Shown here: one piece after another, positions 24,958 to 32,752 of the stretch
Layout of the letters: each line of letters starts with the position of its first letter
Numbering within the stretch: the first letter of the stretch is position 1
DNA from: an uncultured Candidatus Saccharibacteria bacterium
Lineage (GTDB): Bacteria; Patescibacteriota; Minisyncoccia; Phycocordibacterales; CAIZLB01
Assembly (NCBI GenBank): GCA_964520195.1
Contig: CAZFNX010000003.1
Location: forward strand, 1-42,075
DNA length: 42,075 bases
Direction of reading: 5' to 3'
Made by a program: the position numbers and the translations under genes
The notes under the pieces: model-generated
Databases searched by the model: none
Told to the model about the DNA's origin: nothing
The model's input: only the letters and a program-made list of their open reading frames with translations

Positions 24958-26145
24958 ATGTTTGACTTAAAAGCAATCCACGCAGTTCTTGATCAACTTG
25001 AACAAGAGAGAAATATACCTCGCGCAAAAGTTATAGAAGCTATTGAAGCCTCTTTAGCTACAGCATACAAAAAAGAATATGGTCGAAAATCACAAATCAT
25101 CAATGCCGCATTTGATTTACAGTCAGGTAAAGTAGAGTTTTATCAAGTCAAAGTTGTTGTACTTCCTGAAGATATTCTATCTGAAGAAGAACTAGAACAA
25201 ATCAAAGCAGATAGAGATGCTGGAAGAGAGATTTCTCTTGAACAGCAAGAACTTCTAGCGAAAAAGATTCGTTTCAACGACGATCAACATATTCTTATTT
25301 CTGATGCACAAAAAATCAAACGAGATGTAGTTGCAGGAAGTGAAATGGTATTTCCTCTTGAGCATAAAGAAGATTTTGGACGTATTGCAGCCCAAACAGC
25401 TAAACAGATTATCATGCAAAAAATCAGAGAAGCTGAGAAAGTTAATCTTGTTACAGAGTTTGGCGACAAGGTTGGCGACATTGTTACAGGTACAGTTGAG
25501 CGAGTTGAACGAGGAAGTGTTTTTGTTGATGTAGGTAAAGCTGTTGGAGTTATTCCTTATGATGAGCAGATTAAGAATGAAAAATTTACTCAAGGCGAAC
25601 GAGTAAGATCATATCTTGTTGAAGTAGATGATACTGGACGAGGAGTATTCTTGAGACTCTCACGATCACATCCAAAATTCTTAGGAAAACTTTTCGAACT
25701 TGAAGTTCCTGAAATACAATCAGGTGTTCTTGAAATAAAATCTATTGCTCGAGAGGCAGGTATGAGATCTAAGATTGCAGTACAAAGTAAAGATCCTGCT
25801 ATAGATCCAGTAGGTGCAATGGTAGGTCAACGAGGTTCACGAGTAAACGTTGTTATGTCTGAACTTCATGGTGAAAGAATTGATATTATTGAATACGCTG
25901 ACGATCTTGCAGAGTTTGTTGAAAGATCTCTTTCGCCTGCTCAAGTTCTTGGGGTTGATGTTGATGAAGTAAATAAAACAGCCCATGCAGTGGTAACAGA
26001 AGATCAACAATCTCTTGCTATTGGAAAAGGAGGACAAAACGTGCGTCTAGCTGCAAAACTTACAGGATGGAGAATCGACATCAAAGCAGTTCCTGCAGAT
26101 GAAGTAGCGAAAGATGATGAAGAGAACGAGGACGAAACCAATTAA
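24958..26145 (+). CDS. nusA: transcription termination/antitermination factor NusA
   Basis: N-terminal domain, S1 domain (GDIVTGTVERVERGSVFVDVG), two KH domains (DPVGAMVGQRGSRV; LAIGKGGQNVRLA) and an acidic tail. Confidence 0.95.
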   Translation: MFDLKAIHAVLDQLEQERNIPRAKVIEAIEASLATAYKKEYGRKSQIINAAFDLQSGKVEFYQVKVVVLPEDILSEEELEQIKADRDAGREISLEQQELLAKKIRFNDDQHILISDAQKIKRDVVAGSEMVFPLEHKEDFGRIAAQTAKQIIMQKIREAEKVNLVTEFGDKVGDIVTGTVERVERGSVFVDVGKAVGVIPYDEQIKNEKFTQGERVRSYLVEVDDTGRGVFLRLSRSHPKFLGKLFELEVPEIQSGVLEIKSIAREAGMRSKIAVQSKDPAIDPVGAMVGQRGSRVNVVMSELHGERIDIIEYADDLAEFVERSLSPAQVLGVDVDEVNKTAHAVVTEDQQSLAIGKGGQNVRLAAKLTGWRIDIKAVPADEVAKDDEENEDETN

Positions 26146-26180
26146 CAACCATATAACGTAACACTATATATAACATCTAT

Positions 26181-27113
26181 ATGATAAAAGTATTTGGACA
26201 CATATCACCTGATACTGATGCAACAGTATGTGCCATTCTATGGGCCTGGTATTTAAACACTCATACCACACATGAAGCACAAGCATTTGTATTAGGATCA
26301 TTTAACAAAGAAACAAGTTTTGTATTAAGAAGATGGAATACTGATGAACCAAACCTTCTTGAGAGTATTGATTCAAATGATCGAGTAACAATAGTTGATA
26401 CAAATAATCCACAAGAATTATTTTCAAATATTGCCGAGGCTGAAATAGTTCAAATTATCGACCACCACATGTTAACTGGAGGTATATCAACACGTAAACC
26501 TATAGATGTAACAATCAAACCTCTTGCATCAACAGCAACAGTTATACACGATTTATTTGGCGCACATGCTGATACAATGCCTGAGAATATACAAGGATTG
26601 ATGCTTTCAGCTATTCTATCAGACACACTTGCTTTCAGATCACCTACAACAACACCTCACGATAAAGCTGTAGCAGAGAAGCTTGCAGAAAGTTTACATA
26701 TAGACATACAATCATATGCAAATGAAATGTTTAAAGCAAAATCAGATGTAAGTGATTTTACAGATGTAGGACTACTACATATTGATAGTAAAAAATCAGC
26801 ATTGGGAGATAAAAATATTCGTATCTCAGTTGTTGAGACAACAGACACAGAAAGCATTCTTGCTAGAAAAGATGGTATCGTTCAAGCGATTCAAAATCTG
26901 ATCAATGAAGAAAAAGATGTTGATGAAGTTTTATTTTTTATCATTGATATATTCAAAGAACAAGCAACGGTTCTTACATACAATCAATTAGTAAAAGATA
27001 TTGTAAGTACATCATTTGGAGTCAAAGCAGATTCTGATACAGAGGTACTTCCAGGTATAGTATCAAGAAAAAAACAAATCATCCCATCTCTCGTATTACC
27101 AACAACCAATTAA
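26181..27113 (+). CDS. ppaC: family II (Mn-dependent) inorganic pyrophosphatase, DHH-DHHA2
   Basis: GHISPDTDA, IIDHHM and SAILSDTLAFRSPTTT are family II PPase signatures. 310 aa. Confidence 0.85.
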   Translation: MIKVFGHISPDTDATVCAILWAWYLNTHTTHEAQAFVLGSFNKETSFVLRRWNTDEPNLLESIDSNDRVTIVDTNNPQELFSNIAEAEIVQIIDHHMLTGGISTRKPIDVTIKPLASTATVIHDLFGAHADTMPENIQGLMLSAILSDTLAFRSPTTTPHDKAVAEKLAESLHIDIQSYANEMFKAKSDVSDFTDVGLLHIDSKKSALGDKNIRISVVETTDTESILARKDGIVQAIQNLINEEKDVDEVLFFIIDIFKEQATVLTYNQLVKDIVSTSFGVKADSDTEVLPGIVSRKKQIIPSLVLPTTN

Positions 27114-27142
27114 TCATTAATCCGAAAAAAACAACTAAACAC

Positions 27143-28216
27143 ATGTCAGATAAAAAACTTTATACTATTACAAAAACAGACACTTCAACACCTTGTGAAG
27201 TTACACTTGAAGTTACTGTATCAAAAGAAGCTATTGCAGGATCAAAAGAAAAAGCTCTTAAAACACTTAACGAGCAAGTAAAAATTGATGGCTTTAGACC
27301 AGGACATGTTCCAGAAAAAGTACTTATTGAAAAAGTAGGTGAATACACTGTCACAGAAGAGGCGTGTCGAAACTATATCGACACAGTGTTTGCAGATATT
27401 GTTATGGAAAGCAAACTTATGCCTGTAAATCAACCTCAAATAGTTATTACTAAACTTGCAGTTGATGCGGATGCAGAGCTTAAAATCACATTTGCAACAC
27501 CTCCAGTTATAGAGCTGGGTGATTATAAAAAGGTTGCAAAAAAACATAACTCAGAGAAAGGGAAAGATACAGAGACTATTGCAACAGATGAGGAGGTAGA
27601 TTCTATGATTATGGAACTTCGAAAACAAGTTGCACATATGAATCATCACGCATCAGGTGAGCATGCACACGATGATCATAGTCATGGAGATCTTGAACCT
27701 GTAGAACTTAATGACGATTTTGCACAAAAAGTTGGTCCATTTAAAACAGTAGAGGATTTGAAAAAAGCAGTTATTGAAAATATTTCTCAATCAAAAGCAC
27801 AAAAAATTCTTGAAAAATTTAGAATCTCTTTAATAGACGAGGTTATAGCAGACGCAAAAATAACATATCCAAAATTCTTTCTAGCGGCAGAACAGAATAT
27901 TATGCTTGAAGAATTAAAAAATGATGTGACTCGTATGGGTGCAACATTTGAAGATTATCTTAAACATATGGGTAAAACTGAACAAGAGTTGGTAGATGAA
28001 AGAAAAGATATCGCTGATAAACGAGTAAAAACACAACTTGTATTAAGTAAAATCTCTGTTCTTGAAGATATTAAACCAAACGCCGACATTGTTACAGAAC
28101 AGGTTAAAGAAATCAAAAAAATGCATCCTGAAGCACCTGAGGAAAATGTAAAAGCATTTGTTGAGAGATTTGAGTTGAATCAGTTGGTGTGGAAGTTTTT
28201 GGAGGGGATTAAATAA
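27143..28216 (+). CDS. tig: trigger factor lacking the PPIase domain
   Basis: The N-terminal ribosome-binding domain with GFRPGHVP and the C-terminal arm domain can be aligned by eye to E. coli TF. The FKBP domain between them is replaced by a roughly 20-aa His-rich loop. Confidence 0.8.
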   Translation: MSDKKLYTITKTDTSTPCEVTLEVTVSKEAIAGSKEKALKTLNEQVKIDGFRPGHVPEKVLIEKVGEYTVTEEACRNYIDTVFADIVMESKLMPVNQPQIVITKLAVDADAELKITFATPPVIELGDYKKVAKKHNSEKGKDTETIATDEEVDSMIMELRKQVAHMNHHASGEHAHDDHSHGDLEPVELNDDFAQKVGPFKTVEDLKKAVIENISQSKAQKILEKFRISLIDEVIADAKITYPKFFLAAEQNIMLEELKNDVTRMGATFEDYLKHMGKTEQELVDERKDIADKRVKTQLVLSKISVLEDIKPNADIVTEQVKEIKKMHPEAPEENVKAFVERFELNQLVWKFLEGIK

Positions 28217-28233
28217 TACATTCACCATATAGT

Positions 28234-28265
28234 AAAAGACCAAGTCCTGACAACTTGGTCTTTTT
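28234..28265. terminator. bidirectional terminator between tig and rsmE
   Basis: AAAAGACCAAGT-cctgaca-ACTTGGTCTTTTT. Confidence 0.75.
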
Positions 28266-28278
28266 ACTTATCTCTCAC

Positions 28279-29046
28279 TTATTTCATTAGCCCGCCCAAA
28301 AACCCTAACACCCCTATTGCCGCAGTTTCAGCACGGAGGGTGTTTTCGTGTATTGATATACTTCTAAATCCAGCATTAGTAAACCTCTGCACTTCCCCCT
28401 CTGTCCAACCTCCTTCTGGTCCTATACAGACAAGTATATTTTTCAACTTGTCTTTTTGATACAAATCCATCAATTCTTTCAAAGACATATCTCCTGTCAT
28501 ATTTCCATAAAGACACAGATCATATTCTTTTGTCTTTTTAAGAATTTCATCTAAACTCTTGGTATCAGACACTTGGGGTATACTTATTCTTCCACACTGC
28601 TCACTTGCCTCTTTGGTGATTCTTAAAAGCCTATCATGAGATAGATGCTTTTGGACTACTCTTTCTGTTTCTAAAGGTATAATATCTTTAACTCCAAGCT
28701 CTGTCGATTTCTCAGCAACCAGTTCAAATTTGTCTTTTTTAATAAGAGACATTGCAAGAGTTATACTTACCCTTTTCTCACCCTCATTCCCTATAATTTT
28801 TTTTTCAAGCTTTATCTGTATAGCTTTTTTATGTCCAGATATTAAAGACACTTTATATTTTCCTATAGCATCATTAAAGACATGGAATATGTCCCCTTCT
28901 CTAAAACGAAGTACATGTGTTAGTTGATGTATAAACTCTTCCCCATCAAAATACTTGTCAGTGTCTTTTTTGGTTATTTCCACCTCGCCAGTATCTTGCA
29001 ACCTTTCTAGAACCTCTTCAGGTATGTAAAATCTGTGTATCTTCAT
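28279..29046 (-). CDS. rsmE: 16S rRNA (uracil1498-N3)-methyltransferase RsmE
   Basis: MKIHRFYIP... start, GPEGGWTEGEV and LRAETAAI C-terminal motifs. ATG 29046 lies 6 nt after TGgTATAAG. The track start is TTG 29088. Confidence 0.85.
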   Translation of the reverse strand: MKIHRFYIPEEVLERLQDTGEVEITKKDTDKYFDGEEFIHQLTHVLRFREGDIFHVFNDAIGKYKVSLISGHKKAIQIKLEKKIIGNEGEKRVSITLAMSLIKKDKFELVAEKSTELGVKDIIPLETERVVQKHLSHDRLLRITKEASEQCGRISIPQVSDTKSLDEILKKTKEYDLCLYGNMTGDMSLKELMDLYQKDKLKNILVCIGPEGGWTEGEVQRFTNAGFRSISIHENTLRAETAAIGVLGFLGGLMK

Positions 29047-29115
29047 ACATATCTTATACCACAACAAACAACCTACGACGAACACCAACGTTACATATGA
29101 AACCCTTGACTAACC

Positions 29116-29124
29116 TGTTATACT
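29116..29124 (+). promoter_or_regulatory. extended -10 TGtTATACT, 7 nt before the clpP ATG
   Basis: CTGTTATACT-gaaatgc-ATG(29132). Confidence 0.5.
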
Positions 29125-29131
29125 GAAATGC

Positions 29132-29701
29132 ATGTTAATACCAACAGTAATTGAAAAAACACCAAACGGAGAACGAGCGTATGATATATACTCTCGCCTC
29201 CTTAAGGACAATATTATATTTTTGAGTGGTGAAGTTAATCAACAATCAGCTTCTATTGTTATAGCTCAACTACTCTTCCTTGCTTCAGAAGACCCTAAAA
29301 AAGAGATAAAACTGTATGTAAACTCTCCAGGAGGTTCTGTCGTTGATGGTTTAGCGATCATAGATACTATGAACCATATAAAGAATGATGTATCTACCAT
29401 ATGTGTAGGTATGGCAGCCTCTATGGGTGCTATGATCCTTTCGGCTGGTACTAAAGGTAAAAGATATGCCTTACCAAACTCAGAGGTTATGATTCATCAA
29501 CCTCTTGGTGGATATGAAGGTCAAGCGTCTGATATAGAGATTAGATCAAAGAGAATATTAGAAATGAAAGAAGATCTATATAAGATGTTGGTCAAAAACA
29601 CAGGTCAACCTATGGCAAAAATAGTCAAAGATGCAGACCGAGACTTCTTCATGAAAGCAGAAGAAGCTAAGAAATATGGTATTGTTGACAAAGTCATCTA
29701 A
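29132..29701 (+). CDS. clpP: ATP-dependent Clp protease proteolytic subunit
   Basis: [26 protein letters not shown] (Ser), IHQPLGG (His) and DRDFFM (Asp). Confidence 0.95.
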   Translation: MLIPTVIEKTPNGERAYDIYSRLLKDNIIFLSGEVNQQSASIVIAQLLFLASEDPKKEIKLYVNSPGGSVVDGLAIIDTMNHIKNDVSTICVGMAASMGAMILSAGTKGKRYALPNSEVMIHQPLGGYEGQASDIEIRSKRILEMKEDLYKMLVKNTGQPMAKIVKDADRDFFMKAEEAKKYGIVDKVI

Positions 29702-29827
29702 CATGTATTCTGATACATATTGCAGCAAAAGGTCTTGCAATATATAGTTTTTGTTCTACAATTAGAGTATTACTCCGGTAATATTGATTATTCATTTATT
29801 TATCATAAAATCAAAAAATATAACCCC

Positions 29828-30100
29828 ATGAACAAAGCAACACTTGTTGAAAAAATTCACGATCTTCTTGGATCAACTAAAGTACAAGCAGAGTCAGTTG
29901 TTGACACTGTTGTAGATTCTATCATCGCTACTCTTAAAAAAGGAGAAGAAGTTTCTATTGCAGGTCTTGGAATTTTCTCAGTAAAGAAACGAGCAGCTAG
30001 AACAGCACGAAACCCTAAAACTGGTGAGTCTGTTAAAGTTCCTGCTACAAACGTTCCAAAGTTCCGAGCAGCAAAAGCTCTTAAAGATGCTGTTAAATAA
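29828..30100 (+). CDS. hup: HU family DNA-binding protein
   Basis: MNKATLVEKI...GLGIFSVKKRAARTARNPKTGESVKVPATNVPKFRAAKALKDAV. ATG at 29828 lies inside track ORF 29720-30100. Confidence 0.93.
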   Translation: MNKATLVEKIHDLLGSTKVQAESVVDTVVDSIIATLKKGEEVSIAGLGIFSVKKRAARTARNPKTGESVKVPATNVPKFRAAKALKDAVK

Positions 30101-30151
30101 TTAACTGTCGCAAGTTAATTCTCTATACATATAGACAAATAGAGAAAATAG

Positions 30152-30180
30152 AAAAAACGCTTACAAAATAAGCGTTTTTT
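30152..30180 (+). terminator. intrinsic terminator after hup
   Basis: AAAAAACGCTTA-caaaa-TAAGCGTTTTTT. Confidence 0.75.
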
Positions 30181-30210
30181 CTTTATTAGACTCATATATC
30201 TAACAACGTG

Positions 30211-30281
30211 TGCGGGATAAGAGAATCGAACTCTTGTCTACTGCTTGGAAGGCAGTCATTCTACCACTAAACCAATCCCGC
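30211..30281 (-). tRNA. tRNA-Gly (anticodon UCC)
   Basis: Reverse complement is GCGGGATTGGTTTAGTGGTAGAATGACTGCCTTCCAAGCAGTAGACAAGAGTTCGATTCTCTTATCCCGCA. Acceptor GCGGGAT/ATCCCGC, anticodon stem ACTGC/GCAGT with loop CTTCCAA, T-arm AAGAG-TTCGATT-CTCTT. No encoded CCA. Confidence 0.9.
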
Positions 30282-30309
30282 GTTATCTGCTATTATAGTA
30301 GCAAAGAAC

Positions 30310-31380
30310 ATGCAATTATTCAACCTTATATTTTCAGGTAAAAAAATACACCCTTCGAAAGGAGTATTGTTGTTTATAGTACTTAGCATCAACATATCGC
30401 TTTCATGTAATGCTGATGCAACCTCTCTTTCTTTATATCCTGAGATAAATAAAAAAAGTGTTGGACTAGAATCTTATGCGGTAAATATTTTTTGTACAGA
30501 AACAGTTAACAAAAAATATATAAAAGTAGTTAGCGGTAGTGGAGTTTTCTTATCTGACCCTGATCAAGATAAGAGTGTGATTTTAACCAATGCCCATGTT
30601 GCACGACATTTATTAGATAAAAACAAGAAGTGTGTTGGAAGAACAGGAAGTCCAGCTGCTACAACCCATAAACTTACACTACGGTATATACCGAGCTTCT
30701 GGCTTCAATCAAACGGAGAATATGTTATAGGGGATCCAAACAAAGATTCTACTGGTGAATTTGATTTTGCTATTATTGAGGCTCAAAAAAACAAGATCAC
30801 AAGCAAAAAAACTAAGACTGTTTATGATATTTTTAAACCTACTCTTTCTTTTCAATTAAAAGACTATGACAACAATCTAAGTACATCATACTTCCAAGGT
30901 TCTATCTTTTCCTACCCTGCCCAAAAAACACTCTCAAAGAACGTATATAACCCTTTGTACATTAAAAAAGATCCTATTCACGTGAGCGAAGTATACAGTA
31001 GTCCTACATACAATGAAACAGATAGCTTATTGGACACAGAAGGATCTATCAACATAGACCATGGATCATCTGGAGGTATGGTTGTTTTACAAAATATAAC
31101 AAATAATCTTATAGGACTATCAAGTGTACTTATCCATGAAAACATACCCCAGATAGTGCGAGTTGTTACTCTAAAACACATATTTTCAGTTATAGAAAAA
31201 GATTTAGGGCTTATAAACACTAATCAATCTGATGTTTTCGCTCAAATACTTAAAAATGCTGAGGAGCAAAGGATTGCAGACGATTCGTTCATTCATGTGT
31301 TTCAAAACAACAAACTCACATCATTACTTGAACAACAAACAAGAAAAACATTATTTAATCTAGGTATTATTACAAAATAA
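30310..31380 (+). CDS. secreted trypsin-like serine protease
   Basis: Signal/anchor segment VLLFIVLSINISLSC. Catalytic triad context VILTNAHVARH (His), FDFAIIE (Asp) and DHGSSGGMV (Ser). Confidence 0.7.
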   Translation: MQLFNLIFSGKKIHPSKGVLLFIVLSINISLSCNADATSLSLYPEINKKSVGLESYAVNIFCTETVNKKYIKVVSGSGVFLSDPDQDKSVILTNAHVARHLLDKNKKCVGRTGSPAATTHKLTLRYIPSFWLQSNGEYVIGDPNKDSTGEFDFAIIEAQKNKITSKKTKTVYDIFKPTLSFQLKDYDNNLSTSYFQGSIFSYPAQKTLSKNVYNPLYIKKDPIHVSEVYSSPTYNETDSLLDTEGSINIDHGSSGGMVVLQNITNNLIGLSSVLIHENIPQIVRVVTLKHIFSVIEKDLGLINTNQSDVFAQILKNAEEQRIADDSFIHVFQNNKLTSLLEQQTRKTLFNLGIITK

Positions 31381-31414
31381 GATACACAGTCTCATACAGT
31401 CTAAAGGCGTCCTA

Positions 31415-31714
31415 TTAGATAGCATCTGATTTTTGAACAAGTGCCATTGCTTCTACGGAATCATCTTTTTGAACCTTATTTTTCTTTTCATATCCACAAA
31501 TAAGACACTTATGTAATATATATGGATCCTTTGTTGTATAAGAGACATATATAGGCTTCATAAGCCCTCCACAAGTCGCTAGACGATCTCCTGGCTCTAT
31601 ATCTACATGTTTACTATAAAGACACACCTTGCAATGGTTTGTGTATCCGTTGCCAGAGTTAAATGTTTTACAGAACTCACATATAAAATCTTCTTTGTGT
31701 CTTATAAAAGACAT
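31415..31714 (-). CDS. RNHCP domain-containing protein
   Basis: 99 aa. FICEFCK...GYTNHCKVCLYSKHVDIEPGDRLATCGGLM matches the RNHCP-domain Cys/His pattern, followed by a second CxxC (CLICG). Confidence 0.7.
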   Translation of the reverse strand: MSFIRHKEDFICEFCKTFNSGNGYTNHCKVCLYSKHVDIEPGDRLATCGGLMKPIYVSYTTKDPYILHKCLICGYEKKNKVQKDDSVEAMALVQKSDAI

Positions 31715-31715
31715 A

Positions 31716-31791
31716 TGGTCGGGACGCTGGGATTCGAACCCAGAGTCACATCAGCCCAAGTGATGCATGTTAGCCGTTACACTACGTCCCG
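31716..31791 (-). tRNA. tRNA-Pro (anticodon UGG), CCA encoded
   Basis: Reverse complement is CGGGACGTAGTGTAACGGCTAACATGCATCACTTGGGCTGATGTGACTCTGGGTTCGAATCCCAGCGTCCCGACCA. Acceptor CGGGACG/CGTCCCG, anticodon stem CATCA/TGATG with loop CTTGGGC, T-arm CTGGG-TTCGAAT-CCCAG. Ends in ACCA. Confidence 0.9.
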
Positions 31792-31816
31792 ATTCAAGAA
31801 ATATATCACATGTATC

Positions 31817-32278
31817 TCATAATAACAAATTAACATCTCGTATATATGTACGCATACAAAAACACCCATCTTTATTGATATGAACTACAGCAAGATCAAA
31901 AGTTATCTTATGTGGACATGTAAGACCTAGTTCCTTTTTAAGATTAGAAACAATCTCAAACATATTCCCCCTTATTTTTCCCCACTTACAAACTAGATTA
32001 AAGACACTTAAATCTAAATCACCGATGAATCTGTTTCTGGTTTTAACCTCAACAATATGAACCAGTAGCACTTTTTCTCCTGTTTCAGCACCAATAACCT
32101 TATATACAATAAGATCTATTTCCAAACCTATTTTCTTAAAGTTTCTTTTATAGACAGAATACCCAAGTTTATTAAACTTTAATTCGACAAAATTCTGACC
32201 TTTAAGACCAAACTCATACTGATTCTTATAGGTAAGACTATTGGTATATAAGGGTTTTTTACTATTATTCATATACAC
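31817..32278 (-). CDS. YraN (UPF0102) family endonuclease-like protein
   Basis: GLKGQNFVELKFNKLGYSVYKRNFKKIGLEIDLIV...VHIVEVKTR fits the YraN pattern (GE-x-D-L-I ... VEVK-x-R). GTG start as given by the track. Confidence 0.7.
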   Translation of the reverse strand: MYMNNSKKPLYTNSLTYKNQYEFGLKGQNFVELKFNKLGYSVYKRNFKKIGLEIDLIVYKVIGAETGEKVLLVHIVEVKTRNRFIGDLDLSVFNLVCKWGKIRGNMFEIVSNLKKELGLTCPHKITFDLAVVHINKDGCFCMRTYIRDVNLLL

Positions 32279-32413
32279 ACATCATACCCATAACGACATA
32301 AAGTTTACATAAATAAAAAATATTTTTTTACAGAAGATAAATAACACTTATGCAGTAATATATAATCAAACCTCGTATATGTAAAAAATATAAGTCATGT
32401 TCCAATATGTCTT

Positions 32414-32463
32414 TTATACACATATCCCCAAAGTTATCCACAATTTGTCCTTTTATGTCCACA
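32414..32463 (+). promoter_or_regulatory. cluster of three co-oriented DnaA-box-like 9-mers
   Basis: TTATACACA (32414-32422) and TTATCCACA (32434-32442, a perfect match) both fit TTATNCACA. ATGTCCACA (32455-32463) fits 7 of 9. The spacing is 20 and 21 bp. An AT-rich tract lies immediately to the left. Confidence 0.4.
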
Positions 32464-32505
32464 ACTAGCTAAAAACCTACCAAACAACGGATCAAATATA
32501 CATTG

Positions 32506-32576
32506 TGCGGATAGAGAGAATCGAACTCTCGTCTCATCCTTGGCAAGGACGTATTCTACCACTAAACCATATCCGC
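32506..32576 (-). tRNA. tRNA-Gly (anticodon GCC)
   Basis: Reverse complement is GCGGATATGGTTTAGTGGTAGAATACGTCCTTGCCAAGGATGAGACGAGAGTTCGATTCTCTCTATCCGCA. Acceptor GCGGATA/TATCCGC, anticodon stem CGTCC/GGATG with loop TTGCCAA. No encoded CCA. Confidence 0.9.
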
Positions 32577-32633
32577 TTATATTATCTACATATTTTAAAT
32601 AAATACATTATTTAAAATAAATCATTTTGATTG

Positions 32634-32705
32634 TGCGCCTACCAGGACTCGAACCCAGAACCACGGTTCCGAAGACCGGTGTGATATCCATTTCACCATA
32701 GGCGC
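32634..32705 (-). tRNA. tRNA-Arg (anticodon UCG)
   Basis: Reverse complement is GCGCCTATGGTGAAATGGATATCACACCGGTCTTCGGAACCGTGGTTCTGGGTTCGAGTCCTGGTAGGCGCA. Acceptor GCGCCTA/TAGGCGC, D-stem GTGA/TCAC, anticodon loop CTTCGGA. There is one C-U mismatch at the top of the anticodon stem and two G-U pairs in the T-stem. No encoded CCA. Confidence 0.8.
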
Positions 32706-32752
32706 TTTGTTTTTTTGTTAAAACGTATTATATTTCAAGTAATACAAAACAA

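Noticed and set aside
29106-29111. TTGACT upstream of clpP as a -35 box.
   Set aside because: It lies only 7 nt from the TATACT -10 box, where 16-18 nt is required. The TGt extension of the -10 box makes a -35 element unnecessary.
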